Assembly: GCA_050084985.1 (NCBI GenBank)
Contig: JBITNC010000002.1
Coordinates: forward strand, 3,844,001-3,908,000
Length of the DNA stretch: 64,000 nt
Reading direction: 5' to 3'
DNA from: Nageia nagi
Lineage: Eukaryota; Plantae; Pinophyta
How positions within the stretch are numbered: position 1 is the first letter of the stretch; every line of letters starts with the position of its first letter. The translations under genes were made by a program, and so were the position numbers. Under the pieces are notes generated by a model, which had not been told where the DNA came from, did not search any database, and saw only the letters and a list, made by a program, of their open reading frames with translations. Positions 49,400-62,522 of the stretch are shown here, in pieces.

Positions 49400-52300
49400 G
49401 TACATAAGTGTCTTGATGGAACATGGCATGCACATAGAAAGTGTGGAAAGCTATACTTCTATTGCACTGTTAATATATGTCATGCCATAGGAGGTAAAGG
49501 GTTTATTGAATGAAGGCATTTGAATGCACATAGAAGATCACATCACTTGCATATGAATTTACCCAATGTTGATTGCCCATAAAAAGAATGAACAACAAAT
49601 TCTTATGTGAAAGGAAAGTATCTCAAGCAAAGGGAAGATATTGATAAGGTCCTTAAAATGCAATCAAAAAATCATAAAAGGTTCTTGAAAAACATTTATT
49701 GTAGTGAGGAATGTCTATATTCATATGAACAATGTTTAAAATGTAGGCATGATGTGGTTGAAGAGTTAATGCAACAATATGAAAGTGAAGAGAACATAAG
49801 AAAATGTGTAGCTGATTACAATATAGACATGTCTATAAAAAGGCAATGTATACTAATCAACCTTGATGAAGAAGTCACCCATATTCAAGATGAATGTAGA
49901 GAGGAAGAATAATACATTATTATGGATATTGTTGTTGAAGAAAACACTTTTGCATCATGGGTATTAAATTTTATTGGAATTTTTTTGCCAACTTAAAGAT
50001 AGAAAATATAAGTTATTTCAGTTCATTCCTATTTGGTTTTCTTCCATGCAAGCACAAGGGAAAACAAATAAACCTCTTGTGCAGGTGGGTCAAGAGGTGC
50101 TCTTGCAGTACACAAATGGAAAAATAATTGGGAAGGAGACTATTTAGAACATTGATCCAAATGCTATTTTCCATTGTCAAAGGATCGATGAGGACAATGT
50201 TTCATTACAAGTCACCTAGTCTTATGAAGATTATTTTGGTCTACCATAACCTACAAATAGTGAAGAGTCTCTAGGAGAAGCTATAGGAAGCTTTGTCAAA
50301 TGGCCTTATAGTTTTTTGGCACATGTATGCATAGATAAAATTTTTAATTCTCAATAATTTGATACAAGTTTAGTTTAAATTATTTTATGCATATTTTGAT
50401 TTTCATCTTGATAATCTCCTATAAAGGTATGAGTTGTTTCTAATGAAGATGATGTAATAGATGATGTTATCAATGATGTAATCATGGATATTGATAACAA
50501 TGCAAGTCTACAAAATAGCCTTGTAGATGTAATATATCCATAATTGCATTTTGCAATATACTCAACATGGCCTATTAGATACTTGAAATTGATAAATCTA
50601 TTTTCTCCCTTGTAGGAACAAATTGTTTCTATTGAAGAGGATGTTTTAAAGTCTCCTGTAAGTAATTTAGGTATAATTTAGTTAGTTGAGGATAAATACC
50701 ATTTATTTTTATTTTCAAAGTATTGTTGTTGACCAAAAAAAAATGTAATATCAAACACTATTTTCTCCCTTGTAAGAATGAGTTGTTTCTCTTGTGCAAC
50801 CACAAGTTGTTTCTGGTGAAGAGGATGGTTTAAAGTGTCCTTATAGTAATTTAGAGGTAATTTAGCTAGTTGAGGATAAAATTATTATAAACCTAAGCAT
50901 TATTTATTGAAAATTTTATGTTAATCCTTAGCAATCCCAATATAAAATCCAGCAATTTATCTCCCTTGTAGGTACAAGTTATTTCTCCTGTGTAGCCACG
51001 AGTTGATTCTCCCTTGTAGGAACAAGTTGTTTTGGTTGAAGAGGATGTTTTAAAATCTTCTTTTAGCAATTTTTAGGTAATTTTATCTTTTTAATAGTTA
51101 TGCATTTCCTCATCAAGCTAATGAGAATGAAAAATATATTTTATTATTATTTTCCAAGTATTGTTATTGACCAAGAAAAATGTAACATCAAACACTATTT
51201 TCTCCCTTGTAGGAATGAGTTGTTTCTCCTGTGTAGCCATGAGTTGTTTCTAGCAAAGAGGATAGTTTAAAGTGTCCTTCCAATAATTTAGAGGTAATTT
51301 AGTTAGTTGAGGATAAATATCTTGTAAACCTAGTTATTATTTCTTACTAAATTTGGAGGTTATTTAGTTAGTTTCCTTTATATTGCTATATTTGGTTTCA
51401 TTCTTCAGGAGACTTAAATTTTTGCATCTACAAGTTGGACAAGAGCAAAAATTATAAGTAGGGATAATGCATTCAATCTAAGTACACTCATATTAGAGGG
51501 TAACTTAGACCAGTTTCATGAAATTCATGGATTCTCCAATGCATGTAGTAGTATTGCACTTGTTATCTGTAATAACACCCTACAAAAGTAGCTGATGGGT
51601 GTGTGTGTTAGATACACTAATTAGAAATGGTTTTGAATCTTATAAGAATATGTACATAATGGCTTTCAGAAAGATTTTCCCCAATGGTTTACTTGATTTA
51701 AAAACAAGTTTCAAAAAAATGAAACTACCTTTAGATTTGGATGAGATGCCTCCCCTTTTTTTCCTTCCTTAATGCTTACAAAATATTGAAAAGTTTGCAT
51801 ATATTAGAGAGTTTTATATTTTTAAGTATGATACTATTGCACTTATTCTAGTAATCTACATAGTTGCATGGAATGGGAATTTTTTTATGCTTAAGGTCAA
51901 TGAAGATTTTTTTATATAATTGACACCCTAGAAAATAGATTGCGAGAATCTGGAGACAAAGCATATTTCATGAAATTTGATAATAATAGTAGAATATATG
52001 AAGTTGCAACAGATACCATTGAAAATTGGGAGAGGTTGCATAAGCTGGTTTTTGAGGGAAAAAATTATTTAAAAGATTATATTGAATATTTTTTAGCCAA
52101 TCCCTCTTGTAGTTCACTCATTGATGAAAAGGAAGCTCAATCAAATGCTGAACAAAACAAGCGGGTTGCTAACTTACTTCAGATTGATTTTTATAAGATG
52201 ATAAGAAAAATTTTGGTATGCATGTTTCAGATTTATCTTTTAGATTGTCATCTATTTTATGTTTCTTATGACTGTGATTGGTTTATCATAGATAGAGAAG

Positions 52301-52620
52301 GAACCTACTATACATAAACATGTTCAACTAGTCACTGAGGTTACTCTAGAACAATTCAAGAAAGATGATGAGAGCAAATAGTTTTTTCATGACTGCTTTG
52401 AAAATATTGCATGGAACAAAGTAGAAAGAACTTCAAAATTATGAATTTCTTTTATGTTTCTAATATACCTTATCCTGATATTTCAATGCTTTGCATATTA
52501 CAACACATATTACATTTATTTTGTAGGCCTGTTTGGAATCCACAAGGATCTTAGAAATCAAAAGGTCAGGGATCCCAAAAATCAAACTATTGAGGCATAC
52601 ACATGAGCTTGTAAATTTAC
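49400..52620 (+). pseudogene. Intron-containing MULE accessory gene: C2H2 zinc finger, Transposase_23/DUF8039-like domain, repeated mini-exons, AT3G11760-family-like C-terminal domain
   Basis: YCTVNICHAIGGKGFIE*RHLNAHRRSHH (~49460-49550); VGQEVLLQ...SLGEAIGSFVKWPYSFL (50085-50320); FASTSWTRAKIISRD...NLDQ...NACSSIALVI, YIVAWNGNFFMLKV, IIDTLENRLRES..KAYFMKFD, GKNYLKDYIEYFLA (51410-52105). GT-AG junctions visible; several stops. Confidence 0.75.
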
Positions 52621-53270
52621 TCATTGATGGGGAAAACCTAGAGTTTTGTTTGTGAAGGTTGTATGAAGTTTTTGCTGAGTTGTCTTGCCAAGGACTAGGA
52701 TGAGTCCCTGTGAACCTTTTATTTAATTTATTGTTATTTTTATGGTGCTAAAGTACTATTTGTAGGTTTCCATCATGGAAATGAATTTTTGTATGAGAAA
52801 ATTGTAAAATATTCTAGAGAATATATTTCTCATGATAACTGTAAATTATTAGGATGTAATACATAAAATCTAGAAGAAAAAGCATAAGTGTACAATGATT
52901 GTTGTATGTTGATAATATAGATGAACTAGTTTCAAAAGAGTATATTGATAGTGTAGATGTAGTAGTTTTCTTGAATACAAAACCCACTATTTCCTCAAAC
53001 TATGATTGTTGTATGTTGATAGTGTAGATGAAGTAGTTTCTAAAGAGTAATACAATACTTGCTCATATAATTGATGTTGATATAAATGGTAATTTTTGTA
53101 TTCATATTTGTGTTTTTTTTAATGTTGTATGGTAAATATGCATATGAAATATTGAGTTAACCGGTTTCATAATGTATAGTGAAGCATATTTGGTTGAGGT
53201 AGCATAAGATGCTAGCAAGTAATCCCCATAATTCCTAAATAAGTAGTAATATTTTTATCATCTTTGTTGA

Positions 53271-53330
53271 ACTTTGTTCATCTTTGTTTAACTTTGTTCA
53301 TCTTTGTTCAACTTTTTTCATATTTGGGCA
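53271..53330. repeat. 10-bp tandem repeat
   Basis: (T/A)CTTTGTT(C/G/T)A about 6 times. Confidence 0.85.
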
Positions 53331-53439
53331 ATTATTGTTGTGAGTCAAAAACATTGTTCATCTTTGCCACTAAATTACATTTTATAAGTTTGATGCTTTA
53401 GCAAATTAAGTTCACATTTTAGAATTTTATTATGTTTCA

Positions 53440-53940
53440 AGATAACTGCAAGGCAATTTTGAATAATCGTTATAGTTTGACACAATTGCAGTGCGATTCT
53501 ACCAACTTGTAATGTGATTCTACCAAAAACCAATGGTTCACATATAGTTTGGCATAATCGTACTACGATTATACCAAACCATAATGCAATTGTACCAAAA
53601 TGCAATGCGATTATATCAAGCCAGCCTCTTGCTCTTATATCAAAATTTCAAGTGTAGTTTGGAATAATTGCAATGTGATTGTACCAAACTATAATGCGAT
53701 TACACAATCATAGCCTCTTATTCTTTTACCAAAAGTTTAGGTGTAGTTTGGCATAATTGTAGTGTGATTATACCAAACTATAATGTGATTGTACCAAATT
53801 GCAATGTGATTATAGCAAACCAACCTCTTGCTCTTATACCATAGGAGAAGGATAGGTTTTGGTGTAGTTTGGCATAATCACAATGTGATTATACAAAATT
53901 GCAATGTAATTATACTAACCCATAACGCGATTATATTGAC
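53440..53940. repeat. Internal cluster of the TIR motif (GATTATACCAAAC / GTTTGG(C/T)ATAAT)
   Basis: More than a dozen direct and inverted copies of the motif that is reiterated in both TIRs. Confidence 0.85.
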
Positions 53941-55499
53941 GAACAAACATTCATTAAGAAAAAAAATAGTAACCTTGCCATCCAAGGCACTATTATATAA
54001 CTAGTACATAGGAAGTGTCAAGTAAAGTGGAATTAGATAAGAATTTGCAGTTATGATGTTCTTGAAAAGTCTTACCACATTGCAATTTATTAATAAGAAA
54101 AAAGCCATTTAAAATGACACCACACACCTTGGGTTTAGCTATTGTTAAACACTTGTTATTTGTATAAGTTAGCTTAGTGTGCCCCTTACTAAAGAGTCAA
54201 ACTTAGTAATAAACATTTTGCAAAGGAATTTGTAGACTACTGCACCATTATTAGGTTTTAGCAACAAAAATATCAAAAGGTATAGACAAACTTACAAGAA
54301 CCAAAGGTAAAGGAAGATAATTATCAAAGTAAGAAAACAAAAATTTCCATATGAGCTTCAAATCCAATAATCATCATTTGATATGCACAGAAATTTAGTT
54401 ATTTTAGCTATACAAGTATAATTCAATAGCATGAAAACATAATTAGTTAGAAGCCTTTTTGAAGAGACCTTTAGCTATGCAATTTTATATATACATCATA
54501 GAAGTTTCACTTCAAACATTTACTACTGAAGCAAAAATCATTAAGTGTTTGCATACTATAGTTAATACAAGAGTTAAAATAAAACAAATGCATGTAAATA
54601 AAAAACAAAAATGTAAACAATAGTTTAGTAATTCATGCTAGAGGTTAAGTTTGTAGCATGCTACATCAATATGCACATATCATGGAAGGCCTAATTTAGC
54701 ACATACAAAGCATATTTCCCAGTACAAGGGTTCAAACCTTTGTCTAAAAATACACATATAGTGAATGCTTGAGTACCTATGATATAACAAACTTTGAAGG
54801 AAGATTATCGTACTAGGTAACTTTCTAAAATTTCTTTACATAAGAACTTACAAGCATAAATTTAAAAAATATTGATGATTCCAAGTATTGAAATAAATTA
54901 ACAATACACAGAATTTTGGGCATAATAGGAAAGGGTGTTATTCTTTGATAAAATGGAGTTGCATGTTTGAATTAGGAATTTCAATATGAAAATTAAACTC
55001 ATTTTAACTATCTTCTATAAAACAAGGGTCCATAATCTATGTACTTTAGATCTTGTACATAACAATTTTAAGGCTTTTGTACTACAAACAACTTAATGTC
55101 TACATGCACTTCAATATTAGACTATAATTTAGCATTATAAGCATTATCACTGCCAAGTCAATTACCACATAAGTCAAGTGACTTCGACAATAACTACCCA
55201 TCTATCAATCAACCAGTCTGATAATTTTATCACTTCCAAGTGATATGGAAACTAGTTCACAGTTGTATGAAGATATATGAAAGGAAATTCCATTTGAAAT
55301 AGTATACTAATAATTACATTCTTCATGGAACACAAATGTTCTATATCTCAAGAAACATTGAAACAATAAAAACTAAGGGGACATATAATCGATTTTCTCT
55401 ATTAGATGATCCCACTCCAAATTAAATTCTTTGATAAGATGGTTTTGCAGCCTTACCTACAATAGTACCAAAATTTTTTAACAATCATATTTAAGCATT

Positions 55500-58206
55500 A
55501 ACATATGTAGTAAACCATGAAACATATTGAAGCCTCAGCATATAAGCTTATGTTTGTATAGCAAACTCTTTTTCCTTCTCAAATATTGATTAGGATCAAG
55601 TATAAACCTAGACCCAACTGAAGCCTCAACATTTGCATCTTCACATATCTTTGTAACCATATCGATAAATCTATGACCTCTATTTGGTGTTTTAGGTGCA
55701 TTTTGAACCAAACTTTTTAGTAAACCAATATAGTCAATGATTTTCTACTTTGATTATGGAGAGAATACATATACAATATTTTGGAAATGGCTCTTTTGGT
55801 GATACTAGACACTAGGAGGTAACACATTCAAATATCCCTTTGAACCACACTCCATACTACAAGGTGACACATTCAAACTATGAGGCAAAATATTCAAATC
55901 ACAATCAATAATAGGAGGCGACACATTCTCCTCACACTCAACATTATGATGTGACACATTATTAAAGGGCCATCCAAATCAAAGTAGGGTTATGATATTC
56001 ATGGCATGTTTACAAATATTCCCCTACAACACCCACATACAATCACATGCACAAAATTCAAGCCCACAAGTGGTGACAAGGTATATGGTAGAATTTGTAG
56101 TTTGAATCTTTACATAATAAACATTGGTAAGAATTTCATGTGGGAAACAATCAAAATTAGGTATTTTGTGGGATTTTTGAAGTGCATTTTCAACATTCTT
56201 TTCTTTTTTATAGTTGTTCCAGAAACCCATAGTCTTTAGCAAGTCTTTTTTTATGTAGTATGGCTCTACACACTTGATAAGGGTGTAAATCAACCAGTCC
56301 ATCCTCCTTCCACATTTCTTATTCTTATCACCAAGAAATTTAATCTTTAAGAAATAATGGTATGATTCAATGGCTGCATTAGTCTCTTGATTTGTATGTG
56401 AAAAATCATAAAATGACTTGGCCCACATGGCTACAAATCACATGTTATACCCATAATTAGAATACATATAAAAATTTACAACTAAAATGCCAAACCAAAT
56501 ACATATAAAAAAAACTTGTACACATGGTTGCAATTCTTACCGATCTTGTCATGAACTCATGTGTGATGGAAGTATTCTAGAAATGCCTTCTCCTTTTTAA
56601 ATTCATCATAGAAATCATCTAAAAGTGTACTAATTGATGTTATTTTATCATTTGTATACATAATTTGTTCCAACTTGGAGAACATATTTTTAGCAACATC
56701 TTGATAGGATGCATACCTAAAAGTATTTTTTAGCCATGTTCTACATACATGCCACATGCAAAGAAGTTGTCGACATTTGAATACCCTCCTATCACATACA
56801 TCCAAAGATAACATAAGGAATCAATAACTAAAATTTATTTAAAAACTAGAATTGTACTAAAATTTATGACTAAACTTCAAATCTCATACTTGATAGATTC
56901 TATTATAGGGAGAGAATTGTTAGTCATGAAGGCATTCACATGCCAATCAAGATGATACTGACTACCTCGATCATGCAATAACTATAACCATTCTTATATA
57001 TCCTCTATTTGATTATGTTCAGCAACCACCCATGCAACTGGTACACCACTCTCTTGTTCATAAAAAATAAGCAATGTGCATAATTGGAACTACAATTGAC
57101 AACAACAAGACTTTATAAAAGAAAAAAAATGTATTTCAAATACCATAGGTAACGTAACAAGAGCATATGAGACATAACTTACTAGGTACTATTTGGTATT
57201 AAATGTTGCATCCATTACAATAATGCTATTATGTGATAATGTCACCATATTTTCCAACATCCATGGAGTTTGAATGCCAAAAACAAAGCTACGCCTCCTC
57301 CTTATTTGGATGGTAAGTAAAACATTTATCCTTCTCCTTTTTGTACCAAAATTAAACACTTTTTCTATCATATTCATATCTTCATACATCTATTTTTTGA
57401 AGTCTTTTGCATATGTTGGCAACATATCTCTTCATTATAAACTTATCTCTCATTGTTGGCAATTCACCAAACAACTGATTCAAGCACTGACCATCACAAA
57501 TTTTATCAATAGACACACCTATAACCAATAATGCCTCAATCAAAGACACTATCTAATGTGATAAATGTGGTGCAACCAAATGCCTCCTTATGTTTACTGA
57601 TACATCATGAACACCATGGCAAGGATGTCCATTCAAATCAATATGTTTAAAAGAATTATAGACAATGAAAGCAACATCAGGATTCCATTCATAAACCTTT
57701 ACCAAAAAATGACATTGACATCCTCTCTTTTGGATGGAATATCTATTCCTTTTAGGAGGAGGCGGGTCATTCCGATGATCTTTGTACCCAAATGAGCACC
57801 AATAACTACAAATTCACAATATTAGACTAATATCAATATTACATTGAATACAATTAGAAACTAAAATTTACACAACCAAAATAAAGGTTACAATAGAAAA
57901 ATACACTTACATGGAGCATTTTCGTATTCTAGATGCTTTTGGTTGATAATTAATAGAGTTTTCCTCAAAAACATTTTTCAGTTCATGCTTACACACAAAT
58001 TTGCTTTGGGTTTCAAGAACATTTTCTTCACCTCTCTTGAAATCTTCCACTCTATCAATATGTATCACTGCCACCAAATCTATCTTACTACCTCCCATGC
58101 AACATTCATTGCTCCATGATAGGTCAACCCAAGTAAATACCTTTTTTTTATTCATTTGTTGGACAAGTAGGTTGAATAACTTCATCCACTTCTTACCTTT
58201 CACCAT
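55500..58206 (-). pseudogene. MULE DDE transposase with SWIM zinc finger (degenerate, about 5 exons)
   Basis: VDLSW...VAVIHIDRVEDF.RGE, YWCSFG, RGCQCHF...KH...GHPCHG, VMDATFNTK, GVPVAWVV, AFMTNN (expected acidic residues decayed), LLCMWHV, ETNAAIESYH, SWIM CACDCMWVL*GNICKH. Confidence 0.92.
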
Positions 58207-60664
58207 TATAGCAAATTACCACTATGAAAAAGATGAACTTTTAATTAGAATGATATAAAATATGATCCACTTGTCAAAATTTTTATTGCATTTGTGTTAC
58301 AAACATTTAAAGGTATTGACACTCAAGATCCAAATTAGCCTCAAAACATAAGCTATCATATCCTTTTATATATATATTTTTTATATATCTCTTCTTCAAT
58401 GTATCATATTTGCTCACAACCTTGTTACAAGTAATTTACCAATGTAGAGATTCCTTTTGGATTGAAAGCTAGCACATTTTCATAATAAGTGGAAAGAGAT
58501 AGATCAACAATTATGTATTTGCATAAAATAAATGTTAGCTATTACAATAGAAGTGTGTGGTAACTTGGTATTGCACATATGAATGTATATAATTGTATGG
58601 TTGAAATGGAGTTGGTTTAATTTTCTACATATTCTTAGGTGAGAATGAAATCACTTGTGAAACAAAGAAATTTTTTATTAATATGCTCAAATGAAATATG
58701 TAGGTCAATGGGACTACAGAGATGGAATCATTTTTCATACACAATATTATTTTGTTAAGTGGTCCTAATATCTACAAATATATAAATATAAATTATGAAA
58801 GTAGGAACAAAGTACAATTATGAAGGAAATATGTGAGTAGCATTGAGTGGAAGAATAATGTAAGCCTTGAAAATCTAATGCTTTTGTGTCTACTCAAGTA
58901 CCAAGAAGAGGAAGAAAACTAATTATTGCTAGCATTTCAACCATCCAAAGTTGTTAAATATATAGAAGAATTTTGAATGTTGGTATGCATGCTTATTATA
59001 TTGTTTAGTTCTAGGAAAGGGTGGGGAAATTTCCTTGGTGTTGAGTTTTCTCCTATCTAGCAAAAGAAAGAGAGGTTGTGGAGATGCTAGGAAATTGGCA
59101 GGAAGGAGGAAAATGTTGTACTAATAAGCTATTAATTATTTGAGTAGCAGTAGCAACAATAGGACATTTAGAAACTCTAATAATAGTTGTAGAGACCACT
59201 ACACCTCAAACTAAATTGAAAGCAAGTAGACCTCCTATTAGATAGAAACTGGTTTTTTGTTAGATTTTTCTAAATAGATAAATTAGCTTTATCTACTAGA
59301 CAGGCCATTTAGAATGAAAAAATAGAGATCCAAAACAAAATATCTTGGATCTCATTTCCCAAAAGAAAATGCATGAGAAGCTATGATTGAGCAAGGTAAA
59401 ATTCAATACATTGCTAAATTATCAATTTATTAAGCATTATGCAGATATTTACATAACAATGTTACTATTACATTGCAATTAACATAGGTGGGTAGTTACA
59501 TAAAAATGTATGTCATATAATGGGAGTAAAGCTACCATTTTCTATGCTTTATAGGTACATTTCTACCCTATGGAATTTTACATGTAATGGAAATATACAG
59601 ATTGATAAAGTAAAGGAGGTATTGAATCCACTATTTAGCAAGATATAGAGAACAATCATCTAGTTGTAGAAAGATGCATGCATTTATACAAAAATGGAAA
59701 GCAGACAGTATACCATGTCATGTCTCAATTCACATCATTTCTTCATCTTTATAAAAACTATAATGTATACTAGTATTTGTTCTAAATTAGTAAAATGATG
59801 TATAAATAATAGAGTTAATTATCCTTTGATTGAGCAGAGCCCAAGAATATATAATTTATCATTTGGAAATCATATGTCATTATGAGTTTCTTTTATTTCA
59901 GATAAGTAAAATAACTACATTTTATGTTACAAATCAAAGATAGTGGTTTTTTATCAGATTTTACTTAACACATAAGTTAGGTTTATCTACTAGAAAAGCC
60001 ATGTAGAATGAAAAAATAAATGTATATCAAACCAAGAAATAAATATACAAGAATGGACAAGAAACCCATTAGGGTTACACCAAAAAATAAATACTTTCAA
60101 GGTTAAAAATAACATTTTTTCATGGAAGGCACTAGAAACTCACCCGTAAAGCTCTGAGATCACAAACATCAAATTCAACATCCTTCCCCTACTTCAAATG
60201 ACATAACAAATACTTGAGGTGGTGCATTAAATTAATGATGTAGAGATTCATGCCCATGCATGCATGAATAATCGTAAGGTAGTTTGGTATAATTGCTATG
60301 CAGTTACACCTAAGAGATTTAAAAAATAGAGAGTATAATTGCAAGGTATTTTGGTATAATCACTTTGTGGTTATACCCAAATGATTTAAAAAATTAAGGG
60401 TATAATCACAAGTTGGTTTGGTATAATTGTATACCCAAGTAAAATTAAAAAAAGTGGTATAATTGAAAGGCAGTTTGGTATAATTGCCTTGCAGTTATAC
60501 CACATCAAAACAAAAAAAAGTAAGGAGAACCACCTTGCAATTCTCTATTGGTGTTAGAAAAATGACTTTTTCTGACTTCTAACATGTACTACATTTGACA
60601 TGTGTTAGAAAATACCATCTATGTGGGGGGGGGGCGTGATGCGAAGGTAGGATATGCTTCATCG

Positions 60665-62050
60665 TAGAGAAGCAATCCTTTATTGTTAGTCTCTACATCA
60701 CATAATGTATGCATTGTATTTGGAATATACCCCTATCTCATCATCCCATTTGATAATTTCTCTAATAATTTTCCATAAATGTTATGATTGTATAATTTAG
60801 GAGCTCTACAAGACATATTGTCAAACAATTCATAGGCATGCGTTTCAACATCTCTTCATACATGTTTATTAGAGAATTCATCACAACAACATCATAATGA
60901 AAACCATTTCTTGCATCTCCATTTTGACGAGGAATTTCATCAAACAATGTGTAAGACTGTGTTATCCAAATAATTTGCTACATTCAATGGGGTATTTTTT
61001 CAAACAATGCACAATATTTGATAGGGTATGACTGTATTTTGAAGGGTCCTTTTGCTTCATAAGCTCTCCATCCATCCATGATTCAATTTAAACAATTCAC
61101 AGGTACTATGTCGTGAGCAAATTTTGATGAGACATCTTGCTATACCTCTTCAACTTAAAGTTCACTCTCCAAAGTAGCATACACATTACCTACTTCCAAA
61201 TTAAACAACTTTCATTTTATATGTTTAGATAATGCTTCTATAATTTACAATTACTGTATTTTCATAATCATACAGTATCATTAATTATCCATCAAAATGA
61301 TAATCTTTACATTGATATGAATATCATTCTCTACATAATTTTTTCAAGACAACACATTAAGGCACACAATGTGTATTTTTCTTACTATGAATAGATACAC
61401 ATTATTATCTATTACCTTCGCATGTCTTCAACTTTGCAAAGACATTCAAACCTATGTATTTCTTTTTATATCATACTGACATTGTATTCCATGAAGCATC
61501 ATTTTCAATGGGTATTTTTTCAAAAAGTTCATGTGTATTCTCTATGCAACAATCTTGGAAATATACCTGGTTGGAATATGGTAGTCAATTCATACTCGAA
61601 GGTTCTTGAGAACCCTAATAATAGCTCTAGAGAGTCTTTAATAACCTGAACATAATTGCTCACTTTCAGTATGCTAGAAGAGAAGCAATTATTTATCATC
61701 AACCTTCTTCATCTTATTCCATAATTCTTCCAATAGATCTCGAGTTTGTATGTGTGATGTCTCTCTTTGAAAATATTTGTAACACATTTTGATTCAAGGT
61801 ATTTGCAACACAATTTGATTCATAGGCCCTTTTAATATTTTTATCTTAGGATTCCTTTTGGTGAATCATTTTGTTAAATAATGCACTAGCACTTATTGCA
61901 TTTACATCTCTTCAAACAATTTGTGGGTTTTCTAATGCACTTTAATGAGGTATTTTTTTTAAACAATTCAACATTCCCCTTTTGTGTCTACATTTCAAAG
62001 AGGCATTTTGTTAAACAGTGCATAGGTCTTTGTACGTAACATGCCAAAAA
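60665..62050 (-). pseudogene. Patchwork of PLS-PPR fragments (also 44380-44746 on the other side of the MULE)
   Basis: FDEIPRQ..NGFHYDVVVMNSLINMY (ORF 60762-60947), CIENTHELFEKIPIENDASWNTM (~61478-61550), YALFNKMP (~62000-62025). Confidence 0.75.
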
Positions 62051-62522
62051 AAAGTGTACATATCTCTCTTGGTGAATTTGCTTCAATAATATCAGAATGA
62101 GCTCCATCCATTATCTTTGATGGATGGCAACATTCTCTATCACTTGAGGTAGCACATAAAGAACAACAATGGAAAAGGTGAATTCATCAGGTTAGATGCT
62201 ACTTCCAATTTGTTGTTTTTGGTGGAAGGAGTGAACTGTTATCTTATATTTCATCCATTTCAATTAGAAAATGGGAAAAATAAAAATGGGAGCATATAAC
62301 TTGAGCTGGTCATGTGTTGATCTTGTTATGACCTATATCCCATATTCCATTCCCACAACTAGACATACATACTATGTAATAGCCTACTGCAAGTTGTCTA
62401 TTTCATAGATCAATTGGTCTCTAATGGATGTTACTATATAGTATGTTAGTTGATTTGTTCATGATATGACCCTATTTCACAAATTGTCCCATGTTCAAAT
62501 CCCATTAAGAGTGATACAATGT

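Larger units (their letters stand above)
44747..60664. mobile_element. Mutator-like (MULE) DNA transposon, about 15.9 kb, with ~390-bp TIRs
   Basis: Left TGGTGAAGCATATCCTACCTTC, right GAAGGTAGGATATGCTTCATCG. Inverted similarity spans 44747-45134 and 60265-60664. TSD TAGACAAG/TAGAGAAG (8 bp, or 9 counting the flanking G, 1 mismatch). Encodes a MULE transposase. Confidence 0.92.

Noticed and set aside
55500-58206. Intact domesticated SWIM host gene
   Set aside because: Multiple stops and frameshifts, decayed catalytic acidic residues, and enclosed by TIRs and a TSD.
59290-60020. ~35-bp direct repeats about 700 bp apart as LTRs of a small element
   Set aside because: Too short, with no TG..CA ends, PBS or PPT. 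Probably a local duplication.
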